Part shown: positions 39,985 through 48,496 of the stretch, one piece after another
How positions within the stretch are numbered: the first letter of the stretch is position 1
Layout: each line of letters starts with the position of its first letter
IMG/VR virus record: IMGVR_UViG_3300014590_000001
Coordinates: 96,001 to 160,000 of that record
Origin: a virus
Lineage: Duplodnaviria; Caudoviricetes
Direction: 5' to 3' (one strand)
Length of the DNA: 64,000 nt
Program-made: the position numbers and the translations under genes
Notes under the pieces: model-generated
Told to the model about the DNA's origin: nothing
What the model saw: the letters and a program-made list of their open reading frames with translations, nothing else
Databases searched by the model: none

Positions 39985-40812
39985 TTATTCGTCGTCTTCG
40001 TCTTCGTCTTCATCGTCGAAGTCTTCGTCTTCGTCATCTTCGTCTTCTTCGTCGTCACCAGCGAAGTGCGCTTCCAGAGCTTCGCGCAGTTCGTCTTCGT
40101 CTTTCTTTTTAGCCTGAGCTTTGGTGAACACGCCTTCTTCGATTGCTAAAGCGCGAAGTTCTTTTTCGTCGAGGTCGTCGAGATCTTGTTCATCTTCGTC
40201 CTCGTCGTCTTCATCTTCGTCTTCATCATCTTCATCGTCGCCGTCTTCGTCGTCTTCGTCGTCCGAGTCTTCATCATCCTCGTCTTCGTCGTCTTCGTCT
40301 TCGTCGTCACCATCTTCGTCGTCTTCGTCTTCGTCATCCTCTTCATCATCGGAATCGTCGTCAGAATCGTCGTCAGAATCGTCGTCGCCGTCTTCATCTT
40401 CGTCGTCTTCGTCTTCTTCATCTTCGTCATCAGAAGAGACACCCATCGCTTCGTTCAGCAGTTCGCGAAGTTCGTCTTCGTCCATGCTGCCAGCTTTTTT
40501 CTTGGTAGCAGCTTTAGACTTCACTGCGGCTTCACGCAGAGTTTCTTCGTCTGCGTCAGAAATATCGATCGCTTCTTCTTCTTCAATCGCTTCCACGATT
40601 TGAGCAGCGGTCACTTTCGCTTTTTTCTTACCAGCTTTAGCTTTCGGTTCAGCCTTAGCAGCTTTACCGCCTTTACCTTTAGCGGCAACAGTCAGACCAG
40701 CTTCAGCCAGCAGTTCGGCAACTTCGGAATCAGCAGATGCTTCAACCAGAATGCCAGCCATCTTAGCCAGAACTTCCATCGCTACGTTAGAGGTCTTTTT
40801 AGCTTTTGCCAT
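39985..40812 (-). CDS. Hyper-acidic protein with two 37-aa helical (HEH/Rho-N-like) repeats
   Basis: About 80-residue D/E tract flanked by DxxDxDEx(E/T)LR...DEDELRExL repeats. Confidence 0.85.
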   Translation of the reverse strand: MAKAKKTSNVAMEVLAKMAGILVEASADSEVAELLAEAGLTVAAKGKGGKAAKAEPKAKAGKKKAKVTAAQIVEAIEEEEAIDISDADEETLREAAVKSKAATKKKAGSMDEDELRELLNEAMGVSSDDEDEEDEDDEDEDGDDDSDDDSDDDSDDEEDDEDEDDEDGDDEDEDDEDEDDEDSDDEDDEDGDDEDDEDEDEDDEDEDEQDLDDLDEKELRALAIEEGVFTKAQAKKKDEDELREALEAHFAGDDEEDEDDEDEDFDDEDEDEDDE

Positions 40813-40870
40813 GATACTTTATTTCCTTTAGAAGAATGTTTAGTATTGAAACATCGTTATGTTCAATTAC

Positions 40871-41009
40871 TATTTACAGTATTTAAGAGAAAGTGTTTTC
40901 AAGCAACGCCACCGAAATTTATCAGCGGCGTTTCGACATTAACTGTTTACAGTTTTCTGTCTGACATAATCCGTTTACAGATTACGCCTCACGATATTAC
41001 TTTACAGAT
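40871..41009 (-). promoter_or_regulatory. Cluster of four CTGTAAA motifs around an 11-bp hairpin
   Basis: TTTACAG-containing sites at about 40871, 40944, 40972 and 41000; hairpin 40905-40932. Confidence 0.55.
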
Positions 41010-41026
41010 TTGCCTACGAAACTGGA

Positions 41027-41608
41027 TTAGAAGTTTTCGTCAGACTTTTTCTTTTTCTTGCCAGCTTTATCAGCTTTGCCGCCTTTGGAAGATTTCTCTT
41101 CCTTGCCGCCAGATTTTTTCTTTTCGGTCGCAACCGGAGTGCCGTACTTACGTGCAGCAACCGCCTCGTCAACAACCGCACGAACGTCGTAACCAGCAAC
41201 AGTGGTGTTAACGCGAGTGACTTCGCCAGTTTGAATATCGGTGCCGATAATCACGTCGTCTTTAACTTTTACAGTTTGACCACGGATGATCTGGACAGGC
41301 ATGTATGCGTCAACCAGCAGTTGACCCATTTCACCAGCTTCACCGATGAAGGTGATGATTTGCGATTTGGTGAAAGTGGTTACAACTTGTTTGGAAGAAC
41401 CAGCGCCTTTCTTGTGGCGAATCGTAACGCTACCATCGGAAGTAACGTCGATGATGAAACCTGAAACTTCGTGAGCGCCACGAGCAGAGATTTCAATATC
41501 GTGCGCCAGATCGCTTTGCTTGGATTTAACGCGAGCAATAGCGCCAGCTTTCTTTGCAATACGGTCGATACGTTTTGGAGCCAGTGCGGTGCTTTTAGAT
41601 TTGGACAT
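41027..41608 (-). CDS. Beta-rich hypothetical protein with basic termini
   Basis: GGAG RBS; KKKKKSDENF C-terminus. Confidence 0.8.
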   Translation of the reverse strand: MSKSKSTALAPKRIDRIAKKAGAIARVKSKQSDLAHDIEISARGAHEVSGFIIDVTSDGSVTIRHKKGAGSSKQVVTTFTKSQIITFIGEAGEMGQLLVDAYMPVQIIRGQTVKVKDDVIIGTDIQTGEVTRVNTTVAGYDVRAVVDEAVAARKYGTPVATEKKKSGGKEEKSSKGGKADKAGKKKKKSDENF

Positions 41609-41627
41609 TTCGAAACTCCAGTTTCAC

Positions 41628-42392
41628 TTACTTCATTTGTTCAAGGATAAATTCGACAACGGCATTTGCAGCGGCATCGAACAGTTCGGTATTAGACACT
41701 AAATCAATTAGTGACTTCGAATATTCTGTCACATTTTCATGGAACGTCTTCCATGAGACAGGAGATTCTTGCATATCGGAAATGACGTAGCGGATTGCCT
41801 CCCATTCCCAACAGTGCCTCAATTCTGACTGAACGTAAGCCCGAATGTTTTCACGTACTACCTGTTTTTCCTTTACAGATAATTCGATAAACATATTAGG
41901 CCAGCGCCCATCGAAACGATTTCGGAAAGTTTTATCAAATGCTTTCGCAGCATGAGACTGACGATTGGTGCTTAGTGTCGTGGCAGCGAGATAAACAACG
42001 ACAGTATGCAAACGAGATAGCGCTTTAATCAGCACATCCTCAACCAATCTTTCCGCAGGTGTTTCCGGAACATCCAGAATCTGTCTCTGAAGTTCAGCAA
42101 TCTGCCTATTAAGATTATCGACTTCAGAAGAATAAGTTTGAGAAATCGACTCAATCTTATGCAGAGCTTCGGCAGCATTCTTATTTGCTTGCTCTACCAC
42201 ATTACTATTTTTCAGTTGGAGGTCAGAAAAGTTTCTCTCCAAAACAGCCAACTGTATTTGCAACCTACCAACTTCCAACAAACGCTCATTATGCAGACGT
42301 TCGGTAATAGACAGTTGAGTTGTTTTTGTTTCGATTTCCTGTCTCGAAACGAACAATGCAGCATTAAGAGCATCGAGTTGTGAATCAGACAT
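41628..42392 (-). CDS. Coiled-coil hypothetical protein
   Basis: Start MSDSQLD, GAGG RBS. Confidence 0.7.
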   Translation of the reverse strand: MSDSQLDALNAALFVSRQEIETKTTQLSITERLHNERLLEVGRLQIQLAVLERNFSDLQLKNSNVVEQANKNAAEALHKIESISQTYSSEVDNLNRQIAELQRQILDVPETPAERLVEDVLIKALSRLHTVVVYLAATTLSTNRQSHAAKAFDKTFRNRFDGRWPNMFIELSVKEKQVVRENIRAYVQSELRHCWEWEAIRYVISDMQESPVSWKTFHENVTEYSKSLIDLVSNTELFDAAANAVVEFILEQMK

Positions 42393-42444
42393 TATCAATC
42401 CTCGTAAGTGGCGCAGGATATTCCCCACGCCACTTATTTACAGA

Positions 42445-45378
42445 TTACTCTTCGGATTCGTCTTCGTCTTCGTCAGCAACAATACCGCTAACATCAGACA
42501 GCAGAAGAGTCAGGTCGCCGCCGTTCGCAAACGCAGCGTCAGCAACGCCAGAGGACAGCAGAATCAGCGGCAGGTTAGTTGTGCCGAGAGACATTGCAGC
42601 TTCCATCAGATCGTCAGCTTCGTTTACACGCTGAACATCGTTCGTGGTGTAAGACGCAACTTCGATTTCGTCGCTTGCCATATCGCTAACAGATTTCACA
42701 ACGTTACGCAGCGCTTCGTCGGAAACCAGAGAACCAGCATTCAGCGTGAAACCAACGTAAACTTTCATATCGGTTTCGCCAATGTGGGAAACAACACGAT
42801 TGTATGCGCTAGTAACCAGAGCAGAAACTTTCTTCTTATCCAGACCCCAAATGCAAGGCAGTGCGATGTTCAGCACAACCGTATTCAGCACAGTGCTTTC
42901 AGTGTCCACTGTTACCGGACGAACAGAAACGTGTGCGTTGTACAGTGACGCCATCGGAACATGATCACCGATCAGTTCAGACAGATATTCTTCTGACAGA
43001 TCATCTTCGTCAATTTCGTCTTCGTCGTCGATGAAGTCACCAAGAACCAGACCGTGTTCGTAAGGATCTTGACCTGCTTCCAGACGGCCTTCATACAGCA
43101 GCGCGTCCAGTTGGCTACGCATAGTGTTGCCGAGTTTTTCGGAATAAGTTTCAACGTTGAAAGTTGAACGCTCAGACATGAACGGCAGCGCAGCAGAGCC
43201 GGACAGCAGATCGGTCGCTACAGTCAGAGGCAGATACATCGCACCTTCAACTTCGTCAGTCAGGTTGAACGGTACGCGGTAGTTAACACCGGATTGATCC
43301 GCGAGTTCTTCAGAAATATTTTCGAAGGTATCGCGATCAGTCAGGGTGAAGTTAACCAGCAGCGTTTGTTCTTGACGAACGCGCAGGAAAGTTCCGAGAT
43401 CGTTAGATGAACTTTCTTCAACGAAATTTTCGTCGTTTTGTTCTTCGGCTTCTTCCGCGTCGATATCATCGTTTTCCGCGTCGGCTTCTTCTTCCGCGTC
43501 GATATCCGCGTTTTCCGCGTCGGCTTCTTCGTCGTCTTCCAGATCTTCGGCTTCGTCTTCGTCATCAGCGACGTAGCCGTTTTCCAGACGATACTGTTCG
43601 AATTGTTTCAGCACGGCAACTTTGCCGTCGTTTTCGATTTCTTCACCAGCAGCTTCAAGCGCCGCTACACGTTGATCGTGAGACAGTTCGCCACCTTCAA
43701 ACTGGAACAGTTCGGTGTAGTCAACCGGATTAACTTCGTAACCAACGAATGACGGGAAGTGCGCCGCAACGGTTTCGTTTTCACCGAGTTCACGAACCAG
43801 TTGTTCGAATTCTTCAACGTCAGCGAATTCAGTTTCAGCCAGAGCATTCAGGATCAGTTCCAGAATGTCAGTTGCAGACTGCTTTTTGAAAGTAGTCAGG
43901 CCGAAACTTGCAGAGCGAGCGATAACGCGAACGGCATCGCGATTCAGTTCACCTTCGCCAACTTCAGCGGCAACCAGAGAAGCAAATTCAGAAACCGGAT
44001 CGAAGGTAGCGTCTTCGTCTTCGCCATCTTCGTCGTCCTGATCTTCATCGTCCTGATCTTCGTCGTCCTGATCTTCATCAGCGTCTTCAGAATCGTCTTC
44101 GTCTTCCGAATCTTCTTCAGAATCTTCTTCAGGAACGTCGTCGTTTACTTCTTCCGACTCAGCGTGGATGTAAGTCGCCAGCGCTTCGTTGCCGCCGAGT
44201 TTTTCGTTTGCTGCGATCAGGAACGCAAACAGTTCGTTGTATTCAAACGCACCAACCAGATCCAGCAGTTTGGTTGTCAGAGTTTCTTCGGTGTCAGAGG
44301 TAAACACTTTACCGCCAGCAACGAACACCAGTTTTTTCAGGCCAGCGCGATCCAGATTTGCATTCAGAAGAATACCAGCCAGAGTTTCGGCAGCGTCGAA
44401 TTCTTCTTCGTCGTCACCTTCTTCGGTTTCTTCTTCGCTTTCTTCCGCGTCGTCTTCAGTTTCCAGATCGTTTTCTTCTTCGCTTTCCGCAGCAGCTTCG
44501 CCAGCACCTTCGAGGAAGTCAGCACGTTCGCTTTGATACGCCAGTGCGATCTCTTCATCAGGCATTGCGCCGAGGTCATAGCCGATTGCGATCAGCGCTT
44601 CCGCTTTCTCTTCGATAGAAACAGAAGACTGATTTTCACGTTTGAAAACATCAAGAGCATTGCCCACTTTATTCCCCTTAATAGGATTGATCAGGAAGTT
44701 CACGCGAGATACTTCCGAGCGAACTACAAAACTTAATGCAGCACCTTCCAGCAGAACGACTTCAGCTTTGGTTTCGTTCCAGTTGATTACAGGCGCGTTG
44801 ATTTGGTCAACGTTAGCTTTCAGAGCAGGAACGAAATTCGCTTCGTTACGCTCGATTGCTTCCAGTTGGTCACGCAGAGAATTCACAACACCGTGTGAAC
44901 TACTTTCTGAAGTTACTGCGATTGCGTGTACGCCGAAACGAGAGGCATATGACGCTAACGTAGTATTATCATTTGCAGCTTTCTCTGCGACTTTAAACAA
45001 CGCTTCCGAAATAAGTTTCTGGAGGCGCTCTACGTTACCATTTACAGTATAACGCAGAATCATTGCCGCACTATCTTTCAGTTTCACGCGCTCGTCGATG
45101 GACGCGGCAGCGCCACCACGCGTACCAAGCACTTCCAGAACAGCGGCATCGTTGCCAGCGATAGCCAGAAGGTCAGTCAGACGGTTAAGCGCTTTGCCCT
45201 GCGCAACGGTTTGGGTAACGTTGCCGTTATTTTCGGCGCGGTAAATCTGATTACCATTTACAGTAGGGCACAGCAAAACAACAACAGTGCTTTTGGTTCC
45301 AGAAGAACCCTGATTCAGATTCTGCGCAGTCAGATTTGCATTGTGCGCGGCAGTTCCGAATTGTTGAGTTGAAGTCAT
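42445..45378 (-). CDS. Large acidic multi-domain protein (977 aa)
   Basis: Several D/E tracts, DEDQD and AENxDIDAEE repeats, short helical modules between them. Confidence 0.85.
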   Translation of the reverse strand: MTSTQQFGTAAHNANLTAQNLNQGSSGTKSTVVVLLCPTVNGNQIYRAENNGNVTQTVAQGKALNRLTDLLAIAGNDAAVLEVLGTRGGAAASIDERVKLKDSAAMILRYTVNGNVERLQKLISEALFKVAEKAANDNTTLASYASRFGVHAIAVTSESSSHGVVNSLRDQLEAIERNEANFVPALKANVDQINAPVINWNETKAEVVLLEGAALSFVVRSEVSRVNFLINPIKGNKVGNALDVFKRENQSSVSIEEKAEALIAIGYDLGAMPDEEIALAYQSERADFLEGAGEAAAESEEENDLETEDDAEESEEETEEGDDEEEFDAAETLAGILLNANLDRAGLKKLVFVAGGKVFTSDTEETLTTKLLDLVGAFEYNELFAFLIAANEKLGGNEALATYIHAESEEVNDDVPEEDSEEDSEDEDDSEDADEDQDDEDQDDEDQDDEDGEDEDATFDPVSEFASLVAAEVGEGELNRDAVRVIARSASFGLTTFKKQSATDILELILNALAETEFADVEEFEQLVRELGENETVAAHFPSFVGYEVNPVDYTELFQFEGGELSHDQRVAALEAAGEEIENDGKVAVLKQFEQYRLENGYVADDEDEAEDLEDDEEADAENADIDAEEEADAENDDIDAEEAEEQNDENFVEESSSNDLGTFLRVRQEQTLLVNFTLTDRDTFENISEELADQSGVNYRVPFNLTDEVEGAMYLPLTVATDLLSGSAALPFMSERSTFNVETYSEKLGNTMRSQLDALLYEGRLEAGQDPYEHGLVLGDFIDDEDEIDEDDLSEEYLSELIGDHVPMASLYNAHVSVRPVTVDTESTVLNTVVLNIALPCIWGLDKKKVSALVTSAYNRVVSHIGETDMKVYVGFTLNAGSLVSDEALRNVVKSVSDMASDEIEVASYTTNDVQRVNEADDLMEAAMSLGTTNLPLILLSSGVADAAFANGGDLTLLLSDVSGIVADEDEDESEE

Positions 45379-46649
45379 GATTTTTTCTCCATATCAATTT
45401 GCCAGCTACGACGATTCGATTTTTCAATAAACTGAATTCGACGAGACATTATGTTTGGACTTTCAACCAGTGCGGTTGTGAATCCCCAAGCGTTAAGCGA
45501 ACGAGCCAGAGCTTCAGGCTTCGTGCTAGTCATTGTGCGAAGTTTGCGACTCACACCTATCACAGCCAGATCCAGTGCAAAGAATTTTGCAGAACTTACA
45601 GGGCCGTTTTCGACCAACGCATCAACACATTCAGATTCTTGTTCACGAATCTGACGTTCGATTTTACGACGTTCCGCAAAATAACGTTTTGCAGTGCGTA
45701 GTGTGTTGCGCTCGCTATTGGTAAGCACTTCCTTCAGCGAAAGTTTCTCAACAGTCGATTTGTGTTGCGCTTGCAACTCAGGATCAACCTGTAAAGATTT
45801 TCTCAACTGAAGTAATTCTTTCGAACAGTATTGTTCGTACTGGTCAATAAGAATTTCGTACTCGTCAGAACCCAAATCCTGCATATGTTTAAGTTGCACT
45901 TCAGGATCTTTCTTAGGCCAGTACAGTGTTCCGAAAACTAACACGTATTGACCGTGAGTGCGCAGCGAGTATGCCGATAAACTTTTCGGCGTACCTACAA
46001 ACTCTTTCCGCATCACAGAGGTTGAAATCGGAATCGGGAATCCAGAATCTGAAAACACATAACCGTCTACCAGATTGAATTTCGATCCGTGATAATCAGC
46101 CAGCGAATAAACCATAACGGCGGCGCGACCTTCAGGCACTGCCATCGGTTTACCTTTTACCGCTTTACCTTTGGCGATGAATTTCTGCATCGTCAAAAGT
46201 TGTTCCGTGTACGGCGCACAGTACATGTACTCATGATCGTCCATCGAAAAAGCGTAGTTGGCAATGTACTGCTTAATCATTTTGCCGATATACTTAATCG
46301 CGACTTTCTGATCTTCTGCCTGTTCAAAGTGTTCGATGAACTCAGCAACTTGTTTATGCTTAGGAACACCTAAGCCCAAGTGAAACAGAATTGAAAGTTG
46401 TTCCAGAAGAATTCCGCGTTGACCGCGACGAAGATTGCGATACAGCCGCATCACCGTACTAGCACGAATGCGAGGATACAAAACATCTACGTGCTGTTCA
46501 CGCGCACCGTATTTCGTGCGAACGTGACGAACAGAACAAACGCTTTTGGAACTCTCCATATACTTCGGAGCAATCTCAACCAATTTCCAACCAGCAAGTT
46601 TTAATAGCTTTTGACGATCTTCAAACGTCAGTAGGTGCCCTAAAAACAT
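45375..46649 (-). CDS. Hypothetical protein
   Basis: 424-aa ORF with ATGA overlap. Confidence 0.75.
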   Translation of the reverse strand: MFLGHLLTFEDRQKLLKLAGWKLVEIAPKYMESSKSVCSVRHVRTKYGAREQHVDVLYPRIRASTVMRLYRNLRRGQRGILLEQLSILFHLGLGVPKHKQVAEFIEHFEQAEDQKVAIKYIGKMIKQYIANYAFSMDDHEYMYCAPYTEQLLTMQKFIAKGKAVKGKPMAVPEGRAAVMVYSLADYHGSKFNLVDGYVFSDSGFPIPISTSVMRKEFVGTPKSLSAYSLRTHGQYVLVFGTLYWPKKDPEVQLKHMQDLGSDEYEILIDQYEQYCSKELLQLRKSLQVDPELQAQHKSTVEKLSLKEVLTNSERNTLRTAKRYFAERRKIERQIREQESECVDALVENGPVSSAKFFALDLAVIGVSRKLRTMTSTKPEALARSLNAWGFTTALVESPNIMSRRIQFIEKSNRRSWQIDMEKKS

Positions 46650-47100
46650 ATTTATTCCTCAAATCGGCATCTGCAACTAAATCCTTATTACCATTTGCAG
46701 AAACCATTTCGAATAACGCATCAACAGTAGAGCGAGCTTCCACGCTCTGTAGATGTTCCCACGGCAGCACAACAACTGTCTCGCCGTTTAACTCAACCCC
46801 TTGCTGCGAAGGCAAAGGAAGCAAAGACAGAGGTTTCCCATTATCTTTACAGTATTTATTGAGCTTCTGCGTTATTTCTCGTAACAGCTTGTGATTCTTT
46901 TCTGAAACAACTTCCGGATCAACAACGCTCGTAATGTGCCAGTAGTTTGCAACATTGAAGAACGTTAGTTGAGTCACCATCGTTACGCTATCGCCAACAG
47001 ACGAAAGGTAGTAGGCAACAAGTTGTTCCATTTCCGCGCTTTCGTTTGGAGGAACATGTTTCGAGCGCGGAATACGTTTAACTGAAGATTTCTTTTTCAT
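46621..47100 (-). CDS. Hypothetical protein
   Basis: Start MKKKSS, ATGA overlap. Confidence 0.7.
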   Translation of the reverse strand: MKKKSSVKRIPRSKHVPPNESAEMEQLVAYYLSSVGDSVTMVTQLTFFNVANYWHITSVVDPEVVSEKNHKLLREITQKLNKYCKDNGKPLSLLPLPSQQGVELNGETVVVLPWEHLQSVEARSTVDALFEMVSANGNKDLVADADLRNKYVFRAPTDV

Positions 47101-47477
47101 GATTTGTCGTCCGGCATGGAATATGATTTCCAGATCTGGTTCACTAGTTCCAACCAATCGGCTTCAGAAATATCAGTTCCATAAAGTTCTTTATAGGCCG
47201 ACCAGAAACCGGGGCCGGGAATTTTGTCACCATACTTGCGCGAGATATAAAGCGCCGCTACTGGAGGGCGTCCAGCAGCAGCATCAATCTTCATTGTCTC
47301 ATACAGAACATTCCAGATTAAATCTGCTTGTTCCTGTTTTAAGCGCGTGAATTGCATCCCGTAAATCGCGGGAGAGAGATCGTTGAAAAACAAGTGGATG
47401 TTTTGTGTGGCAGCCAGAACTAATCTGCTATAGACCTGGCCGACAACCGCACGAACAAGAACATTTGTGTTTTCCAT
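47097..47477 (-). CDS. Small winged-helix-like protein (PPxxALx...PGxGF type)
   Basis: GRPPVAALYISRK...IPGPGFW. Confidence 0.6.
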   Translation of the reverse strand: MENTNVLVRAVVGQVYSRLVLAATQNIHLFFNDLSPAIYGMQFTRLKQEQADLIWNVLYETMKIDAAAGRPPVAALYISRKYGDKIPGPGFWSAYKELYGTDISEADWLELVNQIWKSYSMPDDKS

Positions 47478-48424
47478 TATTCACCGCCAGAAACTTTCTG
47501 CGCCTTACGGTTTTTGTGAACCAGTTCGAATTCACCGTTACCAAAGAAGCGATCAACAACAAGCGGAATAATCTCTTCCGGAATTGTCGGAGACAGCGCA
47601 GCGATAACCGCCTTGATCTGCGTTTTGTTCAGAACGATTTTGCCACTCTCCACAAATTTCTTCATGTGGCGCGGCATACTTTGTTCAGCAGCGAGCGAAT
47701 TATAATGCGCTTTGAGTGCATTAATCGCTTTGCGTACTTTCGGCACACCGTATTTTTCAACGATAGCGCTTGCAGTGTCCGGCAGATCTTTCACAGTGAC
47801 GTTCAGACTATTAGAAAGAATTTGGTTGAATTCTTTCCATGTGCGCGGATTGGTGATTGCGGCTTGCATCGCGCCAAACAATTGTTCGGCAGTTTCAAAC
47901 TGGCGATCAACCGGAGTTGATTTAGGCATTGTCACACGTTTCGGAACAGGTTTAATCTTTTTCTGTTCGTCAGTTTTCGGCTTGACGTTGCCATTTGCTT
48001 TCGCAGTTTTAACTTTCGTAGGTTTGGCTTTATCGCCGTTCACCTTCACAGGCTTATCAGATTTGATTTTGCCAGTTTTAACAGAGCGCGGTTTGATCAC
48101 TTTTGCCGGAGCGGTTGAGCGTTTCCATTCAGTGAAAGCCGGAGGCGTTTCAACCACTTCGCCTTTCTTAATCCGGCGCATCACATCGCGAGAATGAATG
48201 TGAATGTAACCATCCATTTTAACGATACGTTCAGGCGCAATATCTTTCAGAGCATCACGCGGCAATTCAACCAGAACTTTACCGCGACGAACCAGCGTAG
48301 CTGGATCAACAGTGCGAGAACTTCCATCAATGCTGTAACCTTTTGCGTTAACGCCGATAATACGAGAAGTTTTATCGTCAGCAGTGCGCAGAACAACGTT
48401 AACCAGATTTGCATTAGTAGTCAT
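47477..48424 (-). CDS. Basic protein, N-domain paralogous to 48497..50128
   Basis: Lys/Pro-rich linker; N-terminal 55 aa align with the neighbouring gene product. Confidence 0.8.
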   Translation of the reverse strand: MTTNANLVNVVLRTADDKTSRIIGVNAKGYSIDGSSRTVDPATLVRRGKVLVELPRDALKDIAPERIVKMDGYIHIHSRDVMRRIKKGEVVETPPAFTEWKRSTAPAKVIKPRSVKTGKIKSDKPVKVNGDKAKPTKVKTAKANGNVKPKTDEQKKIKPVPKRVTMPKSTPVDRQFETAEQLFGAMQAAITNPRTWKEFNQILSNSLNVTVKDLPDTASAIVEKYGVPKVRKAINALKAHYNSLAAEQSMPRHMKKFVESGKIVLNKTQIKAVIAALSPTIPEEIIPLVVDRFFGNGEFELVHKNRKAQKVSGGE

Positions 48425-48496
48425 GACAAAATACCTTTTATAAAATTGGGAGAGTTTGGAGCGCGGCGTAATTACCGCGCCAATCGAATTTATTTA

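Noticed and set aside
39350-40430. Short tandem DNA repeats suggesting a CRISPR array or satellite
   Set aside because: They are in-frame codon repeats of K/A- and D/E-rich proteins, with no constant repeat and unique spacer structure
40121-41211. Long plus-strand ORFs (poly-Ser, poly-Arg, Phe/Val-rich), likewise 43759..44736, 48804..49919 and 10792..11811
   Set aside because: These are antisense shadows of low-complexity or codon-biased minus-strand genes, with no RBS or promoter support
45375-46649. Faint likeness of KFFALDL...LNAWGF to the NAD-dependent ligase adenylation domain
   Set aside because: No KxDG motif or other ligase motifs; too weak without a profile search
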